From Balanoglossus misakiensis (taxonomy: Eukaryota > Animalia > Hemichordata), in the NCBI GenBank assembly GCA_040954595.2, contig CM082592.2:2607462-2671461 (forward strand): 64,000 bases of DNA. The letters are read 5' to 3'. Below, in pieces: positions 12,201 through 24,200 of the stretch (positions are counted from its first letter, which is position 1; the number at the start of each line of letters is the position of its first letter). The notes beneath the pieces are model-generated. The model did not search any database, was not told the DNA's origin, and was given only the letters and a program-made list of their open reading frames with translations. A program made the position numbers and the translations under genes.

Positions 12201-15200
12201 GGACTTGACTAGTGCGAATGCACTATTTTTCCTACCTCCTTTTTCACTTAAATAGTACATTTTTTTCCACCATTCGATGTAAAAAAATTGAAAGTGAATT
12301 AAAATTTGATTGATTGATTGATTGATTGAACTTGTGAAACTCCCTCTTTTAGCACATGTTCCAATGGTCACTGGGGATGTACAGATGAATGGTGCAGTAA
12401 GTATGGACCTATTTTGTCTTGTCTGCCGTTGTCTTTTCTTGTAAAACGTTGAATGGGGGCAGATAGATTCTGATACTTACTGTGCAGTTTTGTGGTATAA
12501 ACTTTCGAGGATTAAGCAATAACCCCCGCCGCAGGCGGGTATACACGAGATTTTGGTAAAATTCGCTCCATATAGCACTCGCCTAATAGTTCGTGCTATA
12601 TGCCAGCAGTGGTAAAATAGTATTTTACCATCGCTCTCGTCCAATCAGAATCGCGGACGGTAGCATGATATAATATAATCATGATTAGACTATTAAAGTA
12701 AGCGTCGCCGAGACAATGATTCGAACGTCTCAACGTGAAATTGGCAAAATTGACGTCTACAAATGGAGTAGACTAAGACTATATGGAATTTTCTCAAAAC
12801 GTTGGATTGATGTTTTAAACGATGGTTCAAGTATGTGTCTCTTTCCCTGATACCTCATTAGATCCAGAACTGTGTTTTCATGGAAGTCAAGTATTTGGCA
12901 ATGGTACGACGCGACAAGAAGATTGTAACACTTGGTATGATACCGCTGTTGCCAAAACCTTTTTCTAAGCCAGATATATTTATAAATATATAGCCACATC
13001 AATTTCATCGACTAAATCACATGCTGGTAAATTTTAAATTTGGAAACTGTCATTCATAATCCAAGCTAATGTGTTTTCGATGATCTTTTACTCTCATTTC
13101 TAGCACATGTTCCAATGGTCAGTGGTTATGTACGGAAATGGCATGTTGTAAGTATTGGACTTTTTTTTACAATCATTTACCTACATGTTCAAACGTTTCT
13201 TCCATGACGTCATATGACTGCCTAGCGGCAAATCAGAGTCTTCACATTGAACAGAATACAATGTGGAAGTTAAAGTGAAGATGACACATTATTCTTCCCA
13301 TTGCAGTGACATTTTCAGTGTTTAGCGACATCATTCTCAAAAAGAAAGAAACAAAGGCAAAATGCAGTTTTATACACGTTAATTGACTCCATAATGAAAC
13401 AAGAAGAATATATCAAATTCCAGATGTTTAATAATTTTTCAAAGTGAAACTGAAGAGTCACCCCCGACAAAGTTAGAAAATACAATTCGAGATTCCCAAT
13501 CTGAAAAAAATATGAATTTCAAAATCTAAAAAAAGTAGAAGTGGCGAATAAGAGGAACAATTTAAAGTTTATCTAACCTGATGATTTTCTTGGTAAATTT
13601 TATTTTCAAGTGACACCAATGTGTCCACCGTTATACTATTTTACATGCTCAACTGATAAGCAAAGTGGACTGGATACGTGTCAGTCTGATGGCGATTGCA
13701 TGATTGGAAATAAGTGTTGCACGGACGTGGTGTACGGTTGTTACAAGCAGTGTGTTACACCAGTGTACGAGGGTAAGAATGGGCCGCCTTTGATACTACA
13801 CTAATTTTAGGAAAACAAAACTCGAGAAAACCGGCTGTACTGTGAAACGCTCACATTCCACGGACGATACGCGTGGACATGAATACAATCTGCGACATCC
13901 ACCAGTGAGTTTCGGTACATAACACGGAGATTGATATTTGAACATATATGTTACCGTTATAATACAGTGTTCAGTTTGGCATGTTCTGTCGCCATTCTGT
14001 TTCGTATTCTCGACAGCCAATGGCTTAACAGGCAACGGTTTGTTTGTCTTCTACAGGTTCGGCGTGCCCGTTACACCCCTGTCACAATGGAGGCGAATGC
14101 GTCATAGCAAGTTCGGAATCTCAAATTGCGAACTATCAGTGTCTCTGTCCTCACGGATATTATGGAAAGCAATGTGATGGAACTGGTAAGTTTTTAAAGA
14201 GTTATGACACATTTGCCAGTGTCCAAATGGGTATTACAGGGAGATCTGCCAACATTTCTCTGGTAGGTGAACGCCCGCACATTGTGCAATACATGTATTT
14301 CGTCCCCTTCTCAAAGAGTTTCATCCAAACATAATGCAGGTGAATATTCACGAATATGACTTTTCAAATCGTTACCCGTCATATGCATCACTACAATGCA
14401 GACTGCAAATTAACCAAGAGTGTGAACTGTTAAGGTTGAGTTTCAAGCGCCAAATAACAAGATGTCGTCTGCCTTAGCTATGTATGATCTAACAATATCA
14501 CTTGTCAATTTAGGGTGTCTTCCTAACCCCTGCATGAACGGCGGGACCTGCACGTCGTCAACAACGGGAATGATCCTCTGTGCCTGCAGTTCTGGATTTA
14601 CCGGCGAGAGATGTGAATCTCGTAAGCGAAACGTCTAATTATCATATGAAAATGAAAATCCCTAGCAACCACAGTCGGTGACAGTAGGCCTATACAGGTT
14701 ACTAATTGTCCGTTGAGCATTTACTGCCAGAATGTTTATCTGCGACAGTACTAGTAGGATAGATACAGTTTGTAATAGCTATGAGATTAACTACTTTTTT
14801 TGCTTTAAAGAGCAGCTCTTGGCTCGACGGTTATGATATCTGCTGTTCTTGGAAAAACCATTGCAACGATTGGTGGTTTTCTGATGGATTATGCAATATG
14901 TATCTTGCGTATTTACAAAGTATCAGGACTGCTTTTACTCTCATCTGCGTAAGAGCCCGAAAGAATACGGGATATTTTGAATTATTTGTATAGATAGCCT
15001 ATAACGTTTTTGTTTCATTATAGAAGACTATTTTGTTTTTTATTTTTCAGGTCTGTGTTTGTCCAACCCATGTCAAAATAATGGAACCTGTGTGATATTA
15101 TCCACCGGATCAAAAAACTGTACGTGTCCCTCGGGATTTGCTGGGACATTGTGTGAATTTTATCCAGGTAAGAAGACTTTCATCAACCGTATCCGAGAAA

Positions 15201-18200
15201 GAACGCGTGCCAATATAGCCCTTGTTTAAAGGTATACAGTCACCTACATGTATACGCAAATATAGCTATAGTTAATATGGCAAATTGAGATCTAGCCAAT
15301 CACAGATTTTCTGTGGGTGCCATGGCACACGCGAAAAAAAGTGCGCCATCATCTGTAATTTCTGCTATATGTATGCATGGGTGCATGTACTGTATGTATG
15401 TAGCTTGGAGGTGACCGTAACGTTTAAATGGCGCCACATGCCACGTCACGTGGCACGGGGCGATGGTTCACACATTTGCCAGTGTCCAAATGGGTATTAC
15501 GGGGAGATCTGCCAACATTTCTCTGGTAGATGAACGCCCGCACATTGTGCAATACATGTATTTCGTCCCCTTCTCAAAGAGTTTCATCCAAACATAATGC
15601 AGGTGAATATTCACGAATATGACTTTTCAAATCGTTACCCGTCATATGCATCACTACAATGCAGACTGCAAATTAACCAAGAGTGTGAACTGTTACGGTT
15701 GAGTTTCAAGCGCCAAATAACAAGTTGTCGTCTGCCTTAGCTATGTGTGATCTAACAATATCACTTGTCAATTTAGGGTGTCTTCCTAACCCCTGCAAGA
15801 ACGGCGGGACCTGCACGTCGTCAACAACGGGAATGATCCTCTGTGCCTGCAGTTCTAGATTTACCGGCGAGAGATGTGAAACTCGTAAGCCAAACGTCTA
15901 ATTATCATATGAAAATGAAAATCCCTAGAAACCGCCGTCTTATTTTGATGAAATTGGTTGCTGTTTTGCCTCGGCACCGAAGAATAACGGGATACATAAT
16001 TTTGAATTCTAAGAAACGGACAGAGACCCATATGCTAGGAGAGAAACATGTACGCCGTTTGAAATGAAAAGTTGGTTGTAATGCGAAGGATAAACTCAGA
16101 TCCCAGTAGACATTTGCTGTCGGTTCCCTGCGAGAGACGTACTGCCGTGCCGATGTCCACGTAGCTTAGTTTTTTTTATCAAAATATGCAGCTTTGATAT
16201 TATTTTTGGGTGTCATCATGACGAGTTTTTTATTTCTGACGCAGAAAACTGCTACCATGGTGATGTATTATACCCAAACGGCGGCACTAGGCAAGAAGAT
16301 TGCAATACCTGGTAAGTCCTGCAGGTTCTGATAACCATGGAGACCGGGCTGTTTAATTCCGCCATCTTTACTACTACCGTCTTCTCAGTAAATTCTTTTA
16401 CCTTTAGTTTGAACACCAAAACAGATGAGACTCTTTTATGAAGGATAAGCTTATCTGTAATTTTGATGCGGATCATTATTTAGCGTTTATCATATTAACT
16501 TGTGAAACTCCCTCTTTTAGCACATGTTCCAATGGTCACTGGGGATGTACAGATGAATGGTGCAGTAAGTATGGACCTATTTTGTCTTGTCTGCCGTTGT
16601 CTTTTCTTGTAAAACGTTGAATGGGGGCAGATAGATTCTGATACTTACTGTGCAGTTTTGTGGTATAAACTTTCGAGGATTAAGCAATAACCCCCGCCGC
16701 AGGCGGGTATACACGGGATTTGGGTACAATTCGAGACATATAGCACGAGCTGTTAGGCGAGTGCTATATGGAGCGAATGTTATCAAAATAGAGTGTATAC
16801 CCGACTGAGGCGGGGGTTATTGCTATTATATTATATCAACAACTGATTTTGTTAACGAAGCAGCGTCAGAAAAAGAGGTTACGATCGTGAACCAACATGG
16901 CGACGATGAATGTAAACACGAGCGGCCCGGGATCGTGCATTAAACATGAAGCAGACGACAAAAAGTGACAAAAGTGTAAAATATTCAGAGCAGAGTAGTT
17001 CCAAAATAAAACGTCCGTATATTCGTAAAAAGTGTTTTTTATGTTATTTTTTTGGTTTAATCCCACGCGACTGTGGTTTAACCGCACATTTTCTTTACTG
17101 CATGCTAGTTCAGGGCCCGTTTTACCACTGCCAGCAGTGGTAAAACAGTATTTTACCATCGCACTCGTCCAATCAGAATCGCGGACGGTAGCATGATATA
17201 ATATAATCATGATTAGACTATTAAAGTAAGCGTCGCCGAGACAATGATTCGAACGTCTCAACGTGAAATTGGCAAAATTGACGCCTACAAATGGAGTAGA
17301 CTAAGACTATATGGAATTTTCCCAAAACGTTGGATTGATGTTTTAAACGATGGTTCAAGTATGTGTCTCTTTCCCTGATACCTCATTAGATCCAGAACTG
17401 TGTTATTATGGAAGTCAAGTATTTGGCAACGGTACGACGCGACGAGGAGATTGTAACACTTGGTAAGATACCGTTGTTGCCAAAATCTTTTTCTAAGCCA
17501 GCTATATTTATAACTATATAGCAACATCAGTTTCATCGACTAAATCACAAAATTTTAAATTGGCAAACTATCATTCATAATCCAAGTCCAAGTAACCATC
17601 TGGTTTCGACAAGCTAATGTGTTTTCGACGATCTTTTACTCTCATTTCTAGCACATGTTCCAATGGTCAGTGGTTATGTACGGAAATGGCATGTTGTAAG
17701 TATTGGACTTTTGTTACAATCATTTACCTACATGTTCAAACGTTTCTTCCATGACGTCATATGACTGCCTTGCGGCAAATCAGAGTCTTCACATTGAACA
17801 GAATACAGTGTGGAAGTTAAAGTGAAGATGACACATTATTCTTCCCATTGCAGTGACATTTTCAGTGTTTAGCGACATCATTCTCAAAAAGAAGGAAACA
17901 AAGGCAAAATGCAGTTTTATACACGTTAATTGACTCCATAATGAAACAAGAAGAATATATCAAATTCCAGATGTTTAATAATTTTTCAAAGTGAAACTGA
18001 AGAGTCACCCCCGACAAAGTTAGAAAATACAATTCGAGATTCCCAATCTGAAAAAAAATATGAATTTCAAAGTCTAAAAAAGTAGAAGTGGCGAATAAGA
18101 GGAACAATTTAAAAATTATCTAACCTGATGATTTTCTTGGTAAATTTTATTTTCAAGTGACACCAATGTGTCCACCGTTATACGATTTTAGATGCTCAAC

Positions 18201-21200
18201 TGATAAGCAAAGTGGACTGGATACGTGTCAGTCTGATGGCGATTGCATGATTGGAAATAAGTGTTGCACGGACGTGGTGAACGGTTGTTACAAGCAGTGT
18301 GTTACACCAGTGTACGAGGGTAAGAATGGGCCGCCTTTGATACTACACTAATTTTAGGAAAACAAAACTCGAGAAAACCGGCTGTACTGTGAAACGCTCA
18401 CATTCCACGGACGATACGCGTGGACATGAATACAATCTGCGACATCCACCAGTGAGTTTCGGTACATAACACGGAGATTGATACTTGAACATGTATGTTA
18501 CCGTTATAATACAGTGTTCAGTTTGGCATGTTCTGTCGCCATTCTGTTTCGTATTCTCGACAGCCAATGGCTTAACAGGCAACGGTTTGTTTGTCTTCTA
18601 TAGGTTCGGCGTGCCCGTTCCAACCCTGTCACAATCGAGGCGAATGCGTCATAGCAAGTTCGGAATCTCAAATTGCGAACTATCAGTGTCTCTGTCCTCA
18701 CGGATATTATGGAAAGCATTGTGATGGAACTGGTAAGTTTTTTATAGAGTTATGACAGAAACGGGAAAAGGAGAGGAAGGGGGCATATGAGGTAAGAGAG
18801 AGAGAATGGGAGGGGGGTTGAGGAAGTTTGAGAGAGAGGACAAAAGTAAATAAATGTTCTATTTAGAGGTGACGAAAGTATTTTAAGCCTTTAATTTCAC
18901 CCTTTCTGTTGTTTTTCTGTAGATTGTGTTTCCAACTATTGTATGAATGGCGGAACTTGTTCCTTATCTAAAGATCCTGAATCTTTTGTGATCTGTATTT
19001 GTCCCGAAGATTATAGCGGCATATTTTGCGAGGACAAAATCGGTAAGATGCCACTGTTATGATATCTACTGTTCCTGTAAAAACCATTGCAACGATTGGA
19101 GGTTTTCTGATGGATTATGCAATAAGTATATTGCGTATTTACAAAGTATCAGGACTGCTTTTACTCTCATCTGCATAAGAACCCGAAAGAATACGGGATA
19201 TTTTGAATAATTTGTATAGTTAGCCTACAATGTTTTCGTTTCATTATAGAAGACTATTTTGTTTTTATTTTTCAGATCAGTGTTTGTCCCATTCATGTAA
19301 AAATAATGGAACCTGTAAGATATTACCCTGGGGGGGATCATCCTACTGTTCCTGTCCCTCGGGATTTGCTGGGCCATTGTGTGAACTTTATCCAGGTAAG
19401 AAGACTCTCATCAACCGTATCCGAGAAAGAACGCGTGCCAATATAGCCCTTGTTTAAAGGTATACAGTCACCTATATGCAAATATAGCTATAGTTACTAT
19501 AGCAAATTGAGATCTAGCCAATCACAGATTTTCTGTGGGTGGCACACGTGAAAAAAAAGCGCCATCATCTGTAATTTCTGCTATATGTATGCATGGGTGT
19601 ACTGTATAGCTTGGAGGTGACCGTAACGTTTAAATGGCGCCACATGCCACGTCACGTGGCACAGGGCGATGGTTCACACATTTGCCAGTGTCCAAATAAC
19701 AAGTTGTCGTCTGCCTTAGCTATGTATGATCTAACAATACCACTTGTCAATTTAGGGTGTTATCCTGACAGCTGCAAGAACGGCGGGACCTGCACGTCGT
19801 CAACAACGGGAATGATCCTCTGTGCCTGCAGTTCTGGATTTACCGGCGAGAGATGTGAAACTCGTAAGCCAAACGTCTAATTATCATATGAAAATGAAAA
19901 TCCCTAGCAAACGCCGTCGGTGACAGTAGGTCTATACAGGTTACTAATTGTCCGTTGAGCATTTACTGCCAGAATGTTTATCTGCGACAGTACTAGTAGG
20001 ATAGATACAATTTGTAATAGCTATGAGATTAACTACTTTTTTGCTTTAAAGAGCAGCTCTTGGCTCGACGGTTATGATATCTGCTGTTCTTGGAAAACCA
20101 TTGCAACGATTGGTGGTTTTCTGATGGATTATGCAATATGTATCTTGCGTATTTACAAAGTATCAGGACTGCTTTTACTCTCATCTGCGTAAGAACCCGA
20201 AAGAATACGGGATATTTTGAATTATTTGTATAGTTAGTCTATTATATAATGTTTTTGTTTCATTATAGAAGACTATTTTTTATTTTTTTTATTTTTCAGG
20301 TCTGTGTATGTTCAACCCATGTCAAAATAATGGAACCTGTGTGATGTTATCCACCGGATCATACTACTGTACGTGTCCCTCGAGATTTACTGGGACATTG
20401 TGTGAACTTTATTCAGGTAAGAAGACTTTCATCAACCGTATCCGAGAAAGAACGCTTGCCAATCTAGCCCTTGTTTAAAGGTATACAGTCACCTATATGC
20501 AAATATAGCTATAGTTACTATGGTTAATTGAAATCTAGCAAATCACATATTTTCTGTGGGTGACACACGCGAAAAAAAGAGCGCCATCATCTGTAATTTC
20601 TGCTATATGTATGCATGGGTGCATGTACTGTATGTATGTAGCTTGGAGGTGACCGTAACGTTTAAATGGCGCCACATGTCACGTCACGTGGCACGGGGCA
20701 ATGGTTCACACATTTGCCAGTGTCCAAATGGGTATTACGGGGAGATTTGCCAACATTTCTCTGGTAGATGAACGCCCACACATTGTGCAATATATGTATT
20801 TCGTCCCCTTCTCAAAGAGTTTCATCCAAACATAATGCAGGTGAATATTCACGAATATGACTTTTCAAATCGTTACCCGTCATATGCATCACTACAATGC
20901 AGACTGCAAATTAACCAAAAGTGTGAACTGTTACGGTTGAGTTTCAAGCGCCAAATAACAAGTTGTCGTCTGCCTTAGGGACCGTTCAGTTTTTACGGCA
21001 GGGGGGGGGCCGGCAAGTTTGTGTCATCGGTTCTCAAAATCAGGCCGACCCCCCCTTCACCCAGGACCAAAAAATGATGACCCCCCCTTTGACAGACCCA
21101 AAAATATGATGACCCCCCCCCCCCACGCCCAAAACATTCGCCGTCCTGATCCTATGTACACTGTATGCAATAAAGGGAATGAGGCTCCTCACACCTCAAT

Positions 21201-24200
21201 TATATATTTCTTAAAGTATTATTGAAGTTTATAATTATAGTATATCGTTGCAATAAAGAAATCTATGAAAAAATTAAAATGACAAGTCAATACAATAGTT
21301 GCTAGAATCGGTAAAACAAGAAAAGTGGCGGGGGTGGGCGTGGGAGGGGGTGGCCCCCTCCCACATAAGAAAATTTTGTCAAATACGGTGCTCAAAGTTG
21401 CAATTTAATTAACTCAAAAGCAAATTAACTCAATGTTAGGGAGGACAAATTTTAATTTTGCCACTCCACTCAAAGTAAGCATCGGGGGTCGGGCGGCAAG
21501 AAGTTTTCCCTGGTACACTAGACAAACCAATGAATAAATGCAATGTGGCGAAGAATGGAGGGGGTGGGTGTGGGAGGGGGTGTCCCCCTCCCAGATAAGA
21601 AAATTTTGTAAAATATGTTTCGCAAAGTTGCATTTTAACGAACTCAAAAGCAAATTATCTCAATGTTTGGGAGGACCAATTTTTACTTTTTGCGACTCCT
21701 ATCAAAGTTAGAAGATTTGGCGTCATCTTGTCATGACATCATTTATAAAACTTCTAGTATATAGAAGATGCAGCGCGAAACTATCAGATATGCAAAATGG
21801 TTTAAACAATTATTCTCCTTTATGTATGCACTTTGTTAAATATTATCATCGGTGGGGTTGGGGTGGCAAGCATTCTGCCCTGCTACACTAGACAAACCAG
21901 CAAAAAATGAAATGTGGCGAAGAATGAAGGGGGTGGGTGTGGGAGGGGGTGTCCCCCTCCCGCATTAGAAAATTTTGTAAAATAAAGGGTGCGAAACTGC
22001 AATTTTGTGGACTCAAAAGCAAAAGTTCGGTGGCAAAAGTATGTGACCCCCCCCCCCCTGAACGTTTAAAAAAAACAGATGACCCCCCCTTTGTGGACTT
22101 CAAAATTTAAGTGACCCCCCCCCTGGATTTTGCCGGCCCCCCCCCGGCCGTAAAAACTGAACGGTCCCTTAGCTATGTATGATCTAACAATACCACTTGT
22201 CAATTTAGGGTGTCTTCCCAACCCCTGCAAGAACGGCGGGACCTGCACGTCGTCAACAACGGGAATGGTCCTCTGTGCCTGCAGTTCTAGATTTACCGGC
22301 GAGAGATGTGAAACTCGTAAGCCAAACGTCTAATTATCATATGAAAATGAAAATCCCTAGCAAACGCCGTCGGTGACAGTAGGCCTATACAGGTTACTCC
22401 TTGTCCGTTGAGCATTTGCTGCCAGAATGTTTATCTGCGACAGTACTAGTAGGATAGATACAGTTTGTAATAGCTATGAGATTAACTACTTTTTTGCTTT
22501 AAAGAGCAGCTCTTGGCTCGACGGTTATGATATCTGCTGTTCTTGGAAAAACCATTGCAACGATTGGTGGTTTTCTGATGGATTATGCAATAAGTATCTT
22601 GCGTATTTACAAAGTATCAGGACTGCTTTTACTCTCATCTGCGTAAGAACCCGAAAGAATACGGGATATTTTGAATTAGTTAGCCTATTATATAATGTTT
22701 TTGTTTCATTATATTAGACTATTTTGTTTTTATTTTTCAGGTCTGTGTATGTTCAACCCATGTCAAAATAATGGAACCTGTGTGATGTTATCCACCGGAT
22801 CATACTACTGTACGTGTCCCTCGGGATTTACTGGGACATTGTGTGAATTTTATCCAGGTAAGAAGATTCTCATCAACCGTATCCGAGAAAGAACGCTTGC
22901 CAATCTAGCCTTTGTTTAAAGGTATACAGTCACCTATATGCAAATATAGCTATAGTTACTATGGTAAATTGAGATCTAGCCAATCACAGATTTTCTGTGG
23001 GTGCCATGGCACACGCGAAAACAAGAGCGCCATCATCTGCAATTTCTGCTATATGTATGCATGGGTGCATGTACTGTATGTATGTAGCTTGGAGGTGACC
23101 GTAACGTTTAAATGGCGCCACATGTCACGTCACGTGGCACGGGGCGATGGTTCACACATTTGCCAGTGTCCAAATGGGTATTACGGGGAGATTTGCCAAC
23201 ATTTCTCTGGTAGGTGAACGCCCGCACATTGTGCAATACATGTATTTCGTCCCCTTCTCAAAGAGTTTCATCCAAACATAATGGTGAATATTCACGAATA
23301 TGACTTTTCAAATCGTTACCCGTCATATGCATCACTACAATGCAGACTGCAAATTAACCAAGAGTGTGAACTGTTACGGTTGAGTTTCAAGCGCCAAATA
23401 ACAAGTTGTCGTCTGCCTTATCTATGTATGATCTAACAATACCACTTGTCAATTTAGGGTGTCTTCCCAACCCCTGCAAGAACGGCGGGACCTGCACGTC
23501 GTCAACGACGGGAATGATCCTCTGTGCCTGCAGTTCTGGATTTACCGGCGAGAGATGTGAAACTCGTAAGCCAAACATCTAATTATCATATGAAAATGAA
23601 AATCCCTAGCAACCGCTGTCTTATTTTGATGAAATTGGTTGCTGTTTTGCCTCGGCACTGAGGAATAACGGGATACATAATTTTGAATTCTAAGAAACGG
23701 ACAGAGACCCATATGCTAGGAGAGAAACATGTACACCGTTTGAAATGAAAAGTTGGTTGTAATGCGAAGGACAAACTCAGATCCCAGTAGACATTTGCTG
23801 TCGGTTCCCTGCGAGAGACGTGCTGCCGTGCCGATGTCCACGTAGCTTAGTTTTTTTTAAATCAAAACATGCAGCCTTGATATTATTTTAGGGTGTCATC
23901 ATGACGAGTTTTTGTTTATTTCTGACGCAGAAAACTGCTACCATGGTGATGTATTATACCCACACGGCGGCACTAGGCAAGAAGATTGCAATACCTGGTA
24001 AGTCCTGCAGGTTCTGATAACCATGGAGACCGGGCTGTTTAATTCCGCCATCTTTACTACTACCGTCTTCTCAGTAAATTCTTTTACCTTTAGTTTGAAC
24101 ACCAAAACAGATGAGACTCTTTTATGAAGGATAAGCTTATCTGTAATTTTGATGCGGATCATTATTTAGCGTTTATCATATTAACTTGTGAAACTCCCTC

